Part shown: piece after piece, positions 43,451-62,592 of the stretch
Numbering within the stretch: the stretch's first letter is position 1
Layout: each line of letters opens with the position of its first letter
NCBI RefSeq assembly: GCF_009914755.1
Contig: NC_060927.1
Length of the DNA: 64,000 bases
Direction: 5' to 3' (one strand)
Source of the DNA: the human T2T-CHM13v2.0 reference genome, Homo sapiens
Translations under genes and position numbers: made by a program
Notes under the pieces: generated by a model
The model's input: the letters and a program-made list of their open reading frames with translations, nothing else
What the model was told of the DNA's origin: nothing
Databases searched by the model: none

Positions 43451-45112
43451 TGAAAGAAGATGATTTCAGGGAGAATTAAGGGACTTTATATATAGGCCAA
43501 GAATTTTGGAGCCCCAAATGTAAGGAGTGGGATTTTCTACAAGTTGGGCAGAGAATCACAATCCTTATATTAAAAAACAACAGCAACAACAACAACAAAA
43601 CACAATCAGCTGTGTGACAGGGAGAGACATGAGGAAAGGCAGAGGGGTAATATTGGGAACTAGAAGATATTCTGCCAGAGGACCTTCAAAGGGGCTAATT
43701 CTTTTTGTTTCTTCCTTGGTCATTGCAAAAAGTCAAGTTTAGCCTACAGCTTAACATTTTCCCTTCAACTCTTCAGTAAAGTGTAACACCTACACACAAC
43801 CATGAATGGTGTATGTTAAGGATAGTGTCATTTGGGGTGGGCATCAAAGGGTTTCTTACTTGTTCCACATCCACTCTTCTGATGGACCCATAGTGAGGGA
43901 GCCTTGTCCCATCAAACAGACTGTGCCATGGAATTCTACAAGTGACCAACAGCAAAGCAAGAGAGGAGCCACACCAATTTGTCATGATGCAGTGTTGAAT
44001 GGGCAGTGAGTATGTGGTGGAATCCACACTTGAAAACAGTGCACATTCAACAGTGCACATAACCACAAGCAGCTCTGTGGGTTGCTGGCAAATGGGATGC
44101 TGCTGTTATGGCACCATCTCTATTATAAATGTGTTCTTAGCTAACCTTTAAAAAACAATTTCCCTTAGAAATATAAGTAATTCCTATTTGAACCTCTAAA
44201 ATGCATTTCGTTCTAGCTAGAGCTATGTATCAACCTTCAGCCAGCTTGAAATATTGTGAGCAACTTTAGACCTCTTAATCAAGGAAACAATTTGAATACA
44301 CTAAGGGAGCAGTTAAGGGAGAGGCCAAGAGAATGAAAATAAGGGTCACAGTGATGTGCTGGGAAAGATTAAAAACAACCAACCTTAAACTGTTGGAAAT
44401 AACCCTCAGAATTTTTAGAAAATATATAAAGCTGTTTAGAATGGAATACCTAGCCATTCCCTTTCCTATGAAGTTTTCAGTTTTCCACTTGTAATTACAG
44501 CAATCTATAAATTATATTATATATTTCTCTGTCTTAGGTCCCATGAATAAAGACAATCCCCAATCCATATTACATTTTCCAAGCATCTATGAGATGTTGA
44601 GAGTCCTTGAAAAAAATATTGAATGATAATCTTTTAGCTTATTCAAATGATGAGCTGCCTAGGCTAGGACATATCCTGAAAACACTATATTATTAAAAAA
44701 AAAATGTTTTAAATCTAGTTCTGAGAAATAACCTAAATCAAATTTGTAGTCAATAGGCTCATGAGAACAGTCTCCTTGAATGATGAAATTTGAGAACTTG
44801 TGTGTGGGAGTAAGGCAAACTCAGTTTCACTACTGGATTTTGGATTTCTATCCTCCTGCAGAAAACTTTCAGTGGCACTATGATTGCCCATTTTGAACCA
44901 TCCTTCGTCACCTGCCAGAAACAGCCTTGGAGACTGTGGATGGGCTTGATGCCTGGCTTATTCATTCATGATGGTGACTTAGTACCAGGATGTCTCTCCC
45001 ACAGAGTTTTAATAAGAAAAAATGTTGTCCCTCCACTTACAGATAACAAAAATAGATAAGCAAATTGAGCACAGTGTTTGGTGTGTTGTAGACATGCAAG
45101 GGCGAACAGAAT

Positions 45113-45236
45113 GGAAGGAAGGAAGGAAGGAAGGAAGGAAGGAAGGAAGGAAGGAAGGAAGGAAGGAAGGGGAAGGGAAGGGAAGGGAAGGGAAGGGAAG
45201 CGGGAGGGAAGGGAAGGGGGAGGGAGGGAGGGGGGG
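45113..45236. repeat. (GGAA)n / (GGGAA)n simple repeat
   Basis: Seen directly. Confidence 0.97.
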
Positions 45237-45269
45237 TTGATCACTATACTTTTCTAGTCCATTTATTTC

Positions 45270-47150
45270 ATTTTCCCATTCTTTCAAAAGACTTTCTTAC
45301 ACCTTCTCTCCTCAAACCTCCAAAATCCCTCCCACATTCTTACTCTCATGTTTTTTGTGGAGAAATTTTAAATAATACAAAAGAAGTTTGGTGGACTCTA
45401 CTGTCTCTTCCACCCACCTACTATCTTCAAGGCCACATATTCCATTTTTGCACCTGCTAACACATGAATTAACCATACTCCTATCTAAAGACAGTCTTTT
45501 TGTACTTGATCATCTCCTCTGGTCCACTGAAGGATATCTTTCTAGCAATTGTTTCTTCTCTCACCCTCTACTAAATCATCCCCATCAGCTTACAAACATG
45601 TTGTTTCTCCCATCTAAGAAAAAAACAAAAAAACAAAAAACAAAAACCTCTCTAGAAGTTTTCACTTTTCCTCTAGTTGCCATTCCATTTCTTTCATTTC
45701 TTTGCAGCAAACCCCTTTTAAGGTATTACATATATACACACAATCTACAATTTTTTCTCCCATTCTCACAGAAATACAACCCAACTTAGCTTTCTCCACC
45801 ACTGTTCCAATACTGCTCTTAAGAAGATCTACTGTGTATAGCTAAATCAAATTTTTCAGTTTCCAGTCCACACCTTCCTTGGTCAATCAGCAGATCTTAA
45901 CACAGTTCCTCACTCCCTCCTTAATTGCACTGTCTTCACTTGGGTTTCAGGACACCACATTCTGCTGGCTTTTCTCCTACCTCTGTGAGAGTGTCTTCTT
46001 AGTGTACCTTCTTCTGGTTTCTCCTTTTTTTGACCTCATAATGTTGAGGTGCCCAGAGCTGAGTCCTTGGTCATGTCTTCTTTATTTACAGACATTATTC
46101 AGACAAAATTTTTAGTCTTACAGATTTAAATATCATATATACAATGGCTACTTTCAAATGTATATCTTCAGCCCAAATTTTCTCCTAAATTTCAGACTTC
46201 AACAACCAGCCACCTATTTATCCCCACCTGAGTATCCAACAGGCATCTTAAATTCAGCATGTCCAAAGTTAAACTGATTTTCCTTCTTAAACCTTCTGCA
46301 TCCAAGACTTAACCATCTCAGTTGATCTCTCCATCTTTTCTATCATTCAAGCCAAACACTCAGGAGTTCTCCATGATTTTTCTCTTTCTCTCCTATCACA
46401 AAATCTATAAGCAAACAATGCTGGCTTTACCTGAAAAACATACCTGGAATGTTTTTCCATTTCTTTGTCTGAGCTCTGAACAAAGAACCATAACTGGGCT
46501 CCCTGCTTCCTCCCTTGCCCTCTTACAGTGTATGCTCAAATGGCACACAGGATTTTTCTTTGTAAATGTAAATCAAATCTTACTATCCCTAGCTCAAAAT
46601 CCTCCAATGATTTTCTACCTTAATCAGAATAAAAGCCCAAATTCCTTTACAATTATTTAGAAAGTAATTACCAACTTGCTACTTCTCTTATCTCATTTCC
46701 TACTTTCCACTCTTCATTTGCTCCACTCCATTCTCTCTAACCTGTTTGTCATTCCTCAAGCACACTAGACATACTCCCACCTCAGGACCTTTGCACCAGC
46801 TGTTCTCTCTACCTAGACTATTCTTCCTCCAGACACCCACACAGCAGACTCTCATTGCCTTCAAGCCTTTGCTCAAATATCACCTTTTCAATAAATCCTG
46901 CCCTGACCACCATATTTAAAACTGCATTTTCCCCTTCCTTCACCCACAGGGATCCCACTCTGAATTCTTTTCCATAGTACTTATCACATTCTATCACATT
47001 GTGTAACTTATCTGTCATGTATGTTGGTTAGTGTCTGTCTCCTAATAGGATCCATGAAGACAGGAATCTTTCACTATTTGATTCACTGACATGTCTTAAT
47101 TGCCTAGAAGAATACTGGAACATAGTAGATATTTAATAAATATATGCAGA
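45270..47150 (+). mobile_element. Long L2 (L2a-like) remnant
   Basis: CTTCACTTGGGTTTCAGGACACCAC, CAGGCATCTTAAATTCAGCATGTCCAAA, CTCAGGACCTTTGCACCAGCTGTTC; 3' end CATAGTAGATATTTAATAAATAT. Confidence 0.85.
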
Positions 47151-49496
47151 AGGAAGGGAAGGAAAGACAGGAGGAAGAGAGAGGAGGAAGGAAAGACAGG
47201 AGGAAGAGAGAGGAGGGAGGAAACTGGAGAGTGGGGCATTTTGGCTATTCTCAGACCATTCAGTTGCCCTCCTTTGGCCTCAGTGTTCATCTTGAAATGA
47301 AAGTGTTGAAGCAGATAAACTCAAAGATCCCTTCCACTTCTACATGCAATGATTCTATAAACTCCAAAGGGGTTCATAGAAGATGTAAAGAGCATTTGGA
47401 CCTCATTATGATGCAAAAACTCAGGACAAGTAGGAGGCCTGGTAGACTACTGCCAGCCTCTTTCCCTTTTATTCCCAGCCTGCCATGAGGCTTTCCTGGA
47501 TGAGTCACTTCAGCCCTCCTCCAGATGACACTGATACTGGAAAAGCTGGAGCGTCTATCCCACGCCACCCCCTGAAGTACAGGCTACACAACCAAAGGCT
47601 TCTCCATGAGATCCCACAACATATGTCTCTGCCAAATTTAACTAGAACCTGTCACTTCATATCCTCTGGTTAGATTATGAAAGCCACCCTTCTGCCTTTG
47701 ATCCTATTCTACTGTTCCCCTTTGGTTTGTGATATCATGACAAAGCCCTTGCTCTGCTCCATGGAATTGTCAAGACTGGCAGACCATAAGCTGCTCTGAT
47801 AGCCTGCATTGGCAAAGGGCCCTACAAATCTCTCTGTTCTTGGGTACAGAGTCCCTGGTATAGAAGCTTATGCACCTGCTTTTCCCCATCAGGACAAATG
47901 CTATTTCCCAAGAGAAGGATAAATGCTGAACTGTAGGAAACATGGGATCTTAGCCCTGTGGGACACTTGCAGATGCAGAAAGATAATATCAACATCCGCT
48001 GACTGATTCCATTGCTGCTGCAGAGGCAAATGGAGAATTGGCAGGGAGGGCCCAAACCATAGAGAAGTCAGGAAAATATCGTATCATGGTGTGATGTGCA
48101 GATATGTCAGGGAGGTTTCTTAGCTGCCACCCAGGGAACAAAATCTTTCTGTAACAGTATGGCCAAAGCCTAGGTCTTGCTTCCTTTCTCAGACCTGAAC
48201 CTCCACTGCTCTATCACAGACCAAGTTACAGAAGTCATTTGGTTTAGTGAGTCAAGACAAAGCATCAAAAACTAGGGGATATATATTCTTTAACCAAGAA
48301 AAAGGAAGCATTTTTTCCTGAGAATAAGTGACTTATTTGCAAAAGACCCACCAAACAGACCCAGAAAATGACCTCGAAACATTCTTAAAGGCTTGTCAAG
48401 GTCAAAATTGATATGGACAATGAAGATGCAGCTAGTGCTTTTTATAACATCCTACCACTGACTCTTGTAAGAGAAGAACAAATCCTTTTTCATGAAATGT
48501 CTTCCACCTGCTTTTCTACCTAGAAAACTCCTACTCATCCTTGAGGACCGAAATAAAATTTCCTCTATGAACATTTTTCCAATCCTTCCCCACCTTAAAT
48601 ATATACACACGCATCAATATCAATGAATCGTTATCTTCTCTATAATGCCTCAATAGTTTGTTCATAATTTGGTTAGTCAGTCCACAAACATCTTGAAGAA
48701 ATATACTAAAAATGTTTAGTTGTGATACTTTCTTATCTCATTAACTGGATATATATTACAAATTTTAATTTTATATCCTGATTATCTACAGTTATAGTAA
48801 TAAGAGTGATAAAAACATATTTCCAGAGCCAGCAATAGCTAATACATATACACAGAGCTGTTTCTCTTGTTTCCTCAAAATTATAAAATTTCACTTTCTT
48901 TTATATGAGGACTTTTATTCTCTCTCACAAGAAATGACTGAAAAAAAAGCCAGACAGTGTAATGTAAGGTGACACAGATTTACAAATTTTTCCCCTTATT
49001 TTACCTGATGAAAATTGCTTTTCTGCTTAACAATGTTCAACTTTACCTTAAACAGAAGCTGCCCGCACTTAGGAATATAGATATCAGAGCTAGAGGTGAC
49101 AGCCACATCAATGTTGAATTCTTACTCAAAGTCAGTTTTCAAGCTTGAAATCTTATCTTATGTCACTCCATTTTGAAGACGGGAGAGAAAAAAAATGCTG
49201 GAATGTTCAGTCCAGTGGGTTGGGGAATAATGAGATAGCTAGTCTCTGCAGCAAACTGAAGTGTATCCCTTTCAAGACAACAGACATTTGGTGGAGATCT
49301 GTCAATAGACCTTCATTAGACTCTGTGGATTCAGCCTATGCTTAAGTAGGTTTTCTCTAGTCTGGTCTTCACAGAAGGTAGAATAGTTGCTTCTCATGAA
49401 AGAGACTTCAAGGAGAGGGAGATTTGTATCATGAATGAGAACCAGAGGGCAGTAACGGAAATGGACAAAACCCAACTGGGGAGTGTTCCTCTAACC

Positions 49497-49700
49497 CAGG
49501 GATTGACAAACTTTTCTGTAAAGAGCCATATACTAAATATTTTTCAGTTTTGTAAGACATATATTCACTGTAGAAACTACTTAACCTGCCTTTATAGCAC
49601 AAAAACAGCCAAAACAATATAAAAATAAATGGACCTGGCTGTGTTCCAATAAAACTTTGTTTATACAAACAGGCAGCCAGCCAAAATTTGCTGCCCCCTG
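49497..49700. mobile_element. MER58-like (hAT-Charlie) DNA transposon
   Basis: CAGGGATTGACAAACTTTTCTGTAAAGAGCCA...GGCTGTGTTCCAATAAAACTTT...TTTGCTGCCCCCTG. Confidence 0.85.
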
Positions 49701-50844
49701 TTCTGAGACAATATTTCCCAAAATGCTATATACATAACACCATGAGTACACGGGTATACTGATTGATTTTAGGTGGCTCACAAAGAGATATTTTAAATTT
49801 TAAGTTAAGTTTATGATTTAATATTTGCTGGAAATAAACACATAACTGTTTTATCAAACATGATTTCATGAATATTATTACTTAGTATAAGGATAAATTT
49901 ATTTTTAAGTGAAAAAAGACATAATTTAAAGAAAATAAGTAAATAACAAGAGCATACTGACATTGCAAAAATCATTTAGGTAGTAAATGAATGGTCAAAG
50001 CTGGAAATACAGCTCTAGATGTACTTCCATCCTACCCACTGGCACATATGACCTCACTTCATCTACCACTGTTGTTATTATTATACTGGGCCAGTGGAGA
50101 GGTCACTAAGAGGTCACTTAAGATCTCTGGGCTTGATTTTCTGTCTGAAAATGGTCAATTCTCACAAATTGGTACACAAGCGTGAGATAGTTTGCTATCT
50201 TAGCCTTTCAACTATTATATGACCACACTCATAATTTTATTCAGAATAAATTTTTGATCCTTTTAAAGCTAAAGAAAAATAAGCCTCCTTTCTTGCAATT
50301 TTAAAAAATAATTCACTTTATTAAATCACAGAACATTCACTCAATGGAAAATTAGAAATAATTATGTTAATAGCTATTGAGGGGTCTGATGGGAATAGCT
50401 TTTTGTTTATATTTTTGGCCCCAAGTATGCCATTTATAAAAATCATGTTTCAGAACATGTTATGTCTTAAACCATGGAGAGTAATAAAAGGTCAAAATAT
50501 GTAAAAGTTTTTTTTCTCTCACTTCTTTTTCTGGATATTTGAGCCTTTTGACAATTTATTCTCAAACTCTCTGTGGGTTTCTGGGTAGAATCTTAATTCT
50601 TAGGTGATATAAGTGCCTTCGTTCTAGAAAAGATGGAAGTTCAGCACAGGTATCAATTCCACTGTGTATTCTCAATGGCTTTTGTTACATAGATTTCTAT
50701 AGTCAGTGTGGGACAAGGAATATGCAGAAATGTCTAGACTTAGGAACAAGACACAGCTGGATTCAAATTCCTACTTCATTGTTTGTCTTTTGTAGTCTTT
50801 CATAAATATTTCAGATAAACTGTGTAAAGTACCTACCTGGTTTC

Positions 50845-51413
<569 letters not shown>

Positions 51414-51645
51414 CTACCTGGTTTTTGACTAGGGTTTGCTACATATACAGAAAAAAAAAAAAAAAAATCAGGCAATCTGTATTTTATCTGGCAGCCCTAT
51501 CCTGACACAGTATACACTTGATATATATTTCAGAAGTTGTTATCTTTATTGGAAACACATGACATTTCTGTCTTTTCATAGGAAGGGGGAAAGGAGAGGT
51601 GATGGTAGTTTTGGGACAAATAAGAACATGTTTTGCAGTGAGCAC

Positions 51646-52030
51646 TGTTCTAGTTCACTTTGTGCTGCTATAACAGAATACAACAGAACAGGTAATTTTA
51701 AATGAACAGAAATGTATTTGGCCATGGTTCTATAGACTGGGAAGTCCAAGACAGAGAGACCGCATCTGCTGAGGGCCTTTTTGCTGCATCATCCCATGGT
51801 GGAAGGCAGAAAGGCAAGAGAGCATAGGTGAGTGGACCAAATGTATGTTTTTACAGGGAACACACTCCTTCCACAACTAACCCACTCCTGTCATGACAGC
51901 ATTAATCTATTGATGAAGGCAGACCCCTCATGACCTAATCACCTCTTAGAGGTCCCACCTCTCAACATTGTTGCATTGGGAATTAAGTTTCCGACACATG
52001 AACGTTTGGGGACATGTTCAAACCATAGCA
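51646..52030 (-). mobile_element. MaLR solo LTR (MST/MLT1A-type)
   Basis: TGTGCTGCTATAACAGAATAC...GACTGGGAAGTCCAAG...CATGACCTAATCACCTCTTA...CAAACCATAGCA. Confidence 0.88.
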
Positions 52031-52762
52031 AGAATTCAATTAACTTATGTTTTTCCTTAGAAACAGAAGCTCTGTTTTAGATTTAGAAAGAAAGAAAAGA
52101 AAGTCCAGTTCTGTGTTAAACAAAATGAATACCGAAAAAGAACAAATGAAATGAGAACAAAAATTATGCTTATTAGAAAAGAGGTCACTGGGCAGGTAAT
52201 ATATCTACCTTCCCTGATAGCAATTTTCTTAAAACTTTACATTGGGTCCACACTTGAATCCAGTTCTTTATAGCCCTCTGGGCTTATTTAAAATACAACA
52301 GATCTATTTTATTAAAAAAGAGATTAAAGTTGGGAGACATATGAAATATTCCACCCATATTTCCATAATGGAGAACAGTTCCCATGCCTTCCAGCTGACA
52401 CACGTTTGCCCCTTGTAGAAACTGTGACCACAGGTTTCATGATTGCTTCTGTGAGACAGCATGTGCCACTGAGGTTCGTAAATCTACAGTTTTTCTTTTC
52501 CCCAATATGACTGAGTAAAAAGAAGTTAATGTTCTCTATCCCAAAGGACAAGGATTGAGAATCAATTGTGCTCTGCAATTGGCTTTCTAGGATGTGTTCT
52601 AGATTTTCTAGAATGTTTCTTCTCATAGACCTTCTGAAGATGAATGACTAACAGTGTCTACACTCAGTATGTCAATAAAAAATGAAAAGTGAGGGTAAAA
52701 GGCTACTCTAGAACCTACTTGGACTGTGAACCTGAAAAAAAAATGAGTTTTTGTCTTAATTC

Positions 52763-53057
<295 letters not shown>

Positions 53058-53682
53058 TTTTTTATTCAGATATGACATATATGACATGTGACCATTTCTA
53101 GGTACAGCATTTAAAAAGAAAAATAAAACATCTCTGCTTCCTGCAGTATAGCTAATAAATGTTCTAAAAAGCCCTTATAAAAGCCATAAAAAAGCACTCA
53201 AAATATAACTAGATCCTCAATGAATTACACAATCAATCTTTTCAAAGCATTGCTGAGCTTATAAGAAAGTAAGACATGTCACCACATAGGTCACGTAAGG
53301 TGGAGGTGGAGGGAGGGTGGGAAAGAGACAATGAGCTGTAGCCAGAATGATGAACAATAAGGAAGAGCAAAAGATAGCATTTTTATTCTAGGACAAATGT
53401 TGAAACCAGTATTAGAAAGGGGAGACTAAACCTAGAACAAGATGAGAAACTAAACCTAAGTCCTCTGCATTGGGCTTAGATTCTCAAACAAAGTAAAAGT
53501 GGTGCCAGGCTAGTAGAACCACTGGCTCCTGGTAGAAACATACAAATCTTTTATGGTGACAGCAATTCCAATTTAGACTCTCAGTGTCTCACAGAATAAG
53601 ATCAATTAAATACGAGCTCACAATATGAAATCACCAATATACAGGGAAACAAGCAACCATGAATAAAAGTAGCAGACAATAA

Positions 53683-54420
53683 TACAACCACTATAGAGAA
53701 AAATTTGGAGTTTCCTCAAGAAAACTAAAAATAGAGCTACCATATCAACCAGCAATCCTACTGCTGGGTATATACCCAAAAGAAAGGAAATAAATATATC
53801 AAAGAGATACCTGCATTCCCATGTTTGTTGCAGCACTGTTCACAACAGCCAAGATTTGGAAGCAACCTAAGTGTCCATCAACAGATGAATGGATAGAGAA
53901 AATGTGGCACTTATATACAATGGAGTATTCTTCAGCCATAAAAAAGGAATGAGATCCTATCATCTGCAGCAACATGGATAAAACTAGAGATCATTATGTT
54001 AAGTGAAATAAGCCAGACAAAGAAAGACAACATCACATGTTCTCCCTTATTTGTGGGATCTAAAAATCAAAACAATTGGACATAGAGAGTAGAATGATGA
54101 TTACCAGAGGCTGGGAAGGGTAGTGAGGGGTTGGGCGAGAAGATGGGCATGGTTAATGGGTACAAAAAAAATAGAAAGAATGAATAAGACCTACTATTTG
54201 ATAGCACAACAGAGTGACTAAAGTCGACAATAACTTAATTGTATATATTAAAATAAAGAGTATAAGTGGATTGTTTGTAACACAAAGGATAAACGCTTGA
54301 AGGAATGGATACCTCATTCTTCATGATGTAATTATTACACATTGAATGCCATATCAAAGCATCTTATGTACCCCATAAATATATGTACATACTATCTAAC
54401 CACAAAAATTAAAAATAAAA
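53683..54420 (+). mobile_element. L1MA-type 3' end, nested in older L1-like sequence
   Basis: CCAGCAATCC.ACTGCTGGGTATATACCCAAAAGAAAGGAAAT...GATTACCAGAGGCTGGGAAGGGTAG...TGTACCCCATAAATATAT. Confidence 0.88.
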
Positions 54421-54736
54421 AATGTTAATGTAGATATATTTGTTTTACAGCTAAAATTTAAGGAAACCTTTAAACAACAACAAATAAAGATGATACACCT
54501 TTAAAAATGCATACTGTGTTATTGGATACACAATATAAAACAATATGAATGAAATGTTTAAAAAAATAAAAAATTACTAATGAGCAAATAAAAAGAACAT
54601 ATCAAAAAGACCTTGTAAAATAAAAAAAACAAATTGAAGTTTTAGAAATGAAAAATATAATAGCTAAAAAGAACTCAATAGAAATTTTAAAGATAAAATT
54701 ATTTAACATAACTGAAGAAGTATTAGTGAACTAAAT

Positions 54737-55678
54737 AATAAATGATGTTGGGAAAATTGGACGTCCATATGAAAAAAAAAAACCTTGACCCATACCTTAC
54801 ATATCATACAAAAATTAACTCAAAATGGCTAATACACCTAAAGGTAAAACCTAAAATTATAAAACTTCTCAAAGAAAACATAAAAGAAAATTTTATGACA
54901 TTGGGTTAGGCAAACATTTTCTAACTACAGCACCAAAAGCACAACTGATAACAGGAAAAGAATGGTTAATGAGACTTAATCAAAACGTGTAATTTCTGTT
55001 CTATGAAATACACTGTTAAGAGAATGAAAAGATAAGCCATACACTTAGAAAAGATATTTGCAACTTACACTTTTGACATAGAACTTGTAGCCCAAATAAA
55101 GAACTTTCACAACTCAATAATAATAACATAATCAACCCCCAAAAAGGGGACAAAAGAACAGGCACTTCACCAAAAAAGACACAGATATCAAATGAGTTAT
55201 TAGTCATTAGAAATCATTACACAATACTACTCATCATTAGGAAAGTGAAAATTAAAATCACAATGAGATACCACTTCACACAAATAAAATGGATAAAATA
55301 CAAAATAATGACATTACCAAGTGTGAGTGACAATGCAGGGCAATTGCAAATCTCATACATTGCTGAGAGAAATTCAATATGGTACAACCACTTTGGAAAA
55401 CTGTTTAGTAGTCTCTTTCAAAAATAAGCATATGCCTATTATATGACCCAATAATCCCACTTCCAGGTATTTCCGAAGAAAAATGAAAACTTATGTTCGC
55501 AAAAAAACCCTAAACATTACTGTTTATACCGCTTCATTTATAATCACCAGAAACAACCCAAATGTCCTTCACTTGAAAAATAGATAAATAAAATATAGTA
55601 CATCCACTGAATATAATTATAGCAAAAAAGGAAGAACTACTGACACAAAAACATGTATGAATTCCAAATGCATTATGC
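54737..55678 (+). mobile_element. Old L1M ORF2 3' segment, inverted relative to the adjacent L1M
   Basis: AATAAATGATGTTGGGAAAATTGG...ATTAAAATCACAATGAGATACCAC...TATGACCCAATAATCCCACT. Confidence 0.8.
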
Positions 55679-56328
55679 ACCATTTATTTTAAAAATATGC
55701 TTTTTCCATTGAATTTGTTTTGCACGTTTATCAGAAATCAGTTGGCTGGACTTCTGTGCATGTTTCTGAACTCTCTATTGTTGTATTAGTCTATGTGACA
55801 ATCCCTCCATGAAGTCCACACTGTTTTTTATTACTGTAGTTATATAGTAAATCTTAAAATCAGATTGAATTACTCTTCTGTTGTTATTCTTTTTCAAAAT
55901 TGTTTTAGTTATTCTAGTTCCTTTGCCTTTTCACAACAATTTTAGAATAAGCTTGTTGATATCCACCAAAAATCCATTTTAATAGAAATGGAGTTAAATG
56001 AGATCTTAACAGAAATGGAATTAAATGAATAAATCATTGTGGGGAGAATGGACATCTTTTTAAGTTGAGTTCTCCAATTCATGAATATTGTATATCTCTC
56101 CATTTGTTTAGGTCTTTAACTGTTTTTTATTGAAGTTTTACTGCTTTCAATAGAAAGATCTCATAGATAAGCTATTAGATTTATACCTACATATTTTATT
56201 TTTGAGGGCTATTGTAAATGGTATGTTTTAAATTTTGATTTTTGGGGGAGGAGCCAAGCTGGCCGAATAGGAACAGCTCCAGTCTACAGCTCCCAGCGTA
56301 AGCGACGCAGAAGACGGGTGATTTTTGC

Positions 56329-57182
56329 TAAAGGAGGAAGTTCGAACCCATGGCAAAGAAGTTAAAAACCTTGAAAAAAAATTAGACGAATGGCTAACTA
56401 GAATAACCAAGGCAGAGAAGTCCTTAAAGGACCTGATGGAGCTGAAAACCATGGCACGAGAACTACGTGATGAATGCACAAGCCTCAGTAGCCAATTTGA
56501 TCAACTGGAAGAAAGGGTATCAGTGATGGAAGATCAGATGAATGAAATGAAGCAAGAAGAGAAGTTTAGAGAAAAAAGAATATAAAGAAATGAACAAAGA
56601 CTCCAAGAAATATGGGACTATGTGAAAAGACCAAATCTATGTCGGATTGGTGTACCTGAAAGTGACGGGGAGAATGGAACCAAGCTGGAAAACACTCTGC
56701 AGGATATTATCCAGGAGAACTTCCCCAATCTAGCAAGGCAGGCCAACATTCAGATTCAGGAAATACAGAGAATGCCACAAAGATACTCCTCGAGAAGAGC
56801 AACTCCAAGACACATAATTGTCAGATTCACCAAAGTTGAAATGAAGGAAAAAATATTAAGGGCAGCCAGAGAGAAAGGTTGGGTTACCCACAAAAGGAAG
56901 CCCATCAGACTAACAGCTGATCTCTCAGCAGAAACTCTACGAGCCAGAAGACAGTGGGGGCCAATATTCAACATTCTTAAAGAAAAGAATTTTCAACCTA
57001 GAATTTCATATCCAGCCAAACTAAGCTTCATAAGTGAAGGAGAAATAAAATACTTTACAGACAAGCAAATGCTGAGAGATTTTGTCATCACCAGGCCTGC
57101 CCTACAACAGCTCCTGAAGGAAGCACTAAACATGGAAAGGAACAACCGGTACCAGCCACTGCAAAAACATGCCAAATTGTAA
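56329..57182 (+). pseudogene. L1 ORF1, N-terminally deleted and frameshifted
   Basis: ORF-track fragments 56325-56585 and 56622-57182. Confidence 0.93.
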
Positions 57183-57245
57183 AGACCATCGAGGCTAGGA
57201 AGAAACTGCATCAACTAATGAGCAAAATAACCAGCTAGCATCATA

Positions 57246-61063
<3,818 letters not shown>

Positions 61064-62592
61064 AACAACGAGAACACATGGACACAGGAAGGGGAACATC
61101 ACACACCGGGGACTGTTGTGGAGTGGGGGGAGGGGGGAGGGATAGCATTAGGAGATATACCTAATGCTACATGACAAGTTAATGGGTGCAGCACAGCATC
61201 ATGGCACATGTACACCTATGTAACAAACCCGCACGTTGTGCACATGTACCCTAAAATTAAAGTATAATAAAAAAATTTTTTCTATTTTCATTTGGGTTGT
61301 TTGTTGCTAGCATGTATAAATATGATTTATTTTTCTTTATAGTGACATTTTGCTAAACTCATTTGTAAGCTCTAGTAGTTTGTTAGTAGGCTCCTTGCCA
61401 TCATCTATAACGACGATCTTGTCATCTGAAAATAAAAACAAACATCTTTTTTCTCCCTTCCTCTTATGCCGTTTCTTTTCTTTCCTTCTTGCACTGGGTT
61501 GGACTTTAAGCATTATGTTGACTATGAGAGTGACAGCTGACATCATTTCCTTTTTCCCCACATAAAGGGGAAAGCATTCAGTCTGTCAATATTAAGTATT
61601 ATGTTAGGTTTTGTGAAGATGTTGTTTATCAGGTTGGGGAAGTTACTTTAAGTTTTAGTTTACTTAGATTTTTTATGAGTGGGTGTTGAATTTTGTCAAG
61701 TGCTATTTCTGCATCAGTTGATTTAATAATGTAGTTTTTATTCTTTATTGTGGTTTGTATTGATTGACTATGATTATTAAGTGTTAAACCAGCCTTACAT
61801 TCCTGAAATAAATTCTACTTGGGCATATTATATTATTCTTTCCAAATATTGATAGATTCTATTTTTAGTATTTTGTTAAGGGTTTTTTTTTTCATCCACA
61901 TTCAAAAAGAATATTGTTCTGTAGGTTTCCTTTCTTGTACTATCTTTGGTTTAGGTATCAGGATAGCTGCCTTCACCATATGAGTTGGGAAGTGTTGCTG
62001 TTTCTTCTATTTGATGAAAGAAAGTGCTCAGAATTGGTCTTATTTCTTCTTTTAATATTTGGTAAAAATCATCGCTGCAAGTGTCTGGGCCTGGAGATTT
62101 CTTTGTCAGGTTTTTATAAGACTATTAAAGATTATCTGTTTCATGTTTGCTTTGATAATTTGTAGATTTTGAGCAATTAGTCTATTTCATCTAAATGGTC
62201 AAATTTGTGTGCATAGAGTTGCTCATAGTATTCCCTTATTATTTATCCTCTGCAAGTTACATCCTGTGTTTCACTCTTGATATTGGTAATTTGTGCCTTC
62301 TCTCTCTTTTCTCTTTGTCAGTATTGCTAGAGGCAACTTTATTTATTCAATTTTATATCCATGTATAAAAATATAGTGTATATATAGAATATAGATACAG
62401 ATATGTATAACAATAAACTGTACACTATAGTATATACTCTATTGTTAGCAATATAGAGTATCATCTATTGTTTTTACTTTTTCAACTTCTGCTATTATCT
62501 TTATTATTTTTCTTTCCTACTTGCTTTGTCTTATTTTTGCTCTTTTGTTCTAGTTTGTTCAGGTGGAAACTTATTGATTTGAGGTTTTTCTT

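Noticed and set aside
47970-47986. E-box/GATA composite (CAGATG...AGATAA)
   Set aside because: The spacing is shorter than the canonical TAL1-GATA arrangement and there is no other support.
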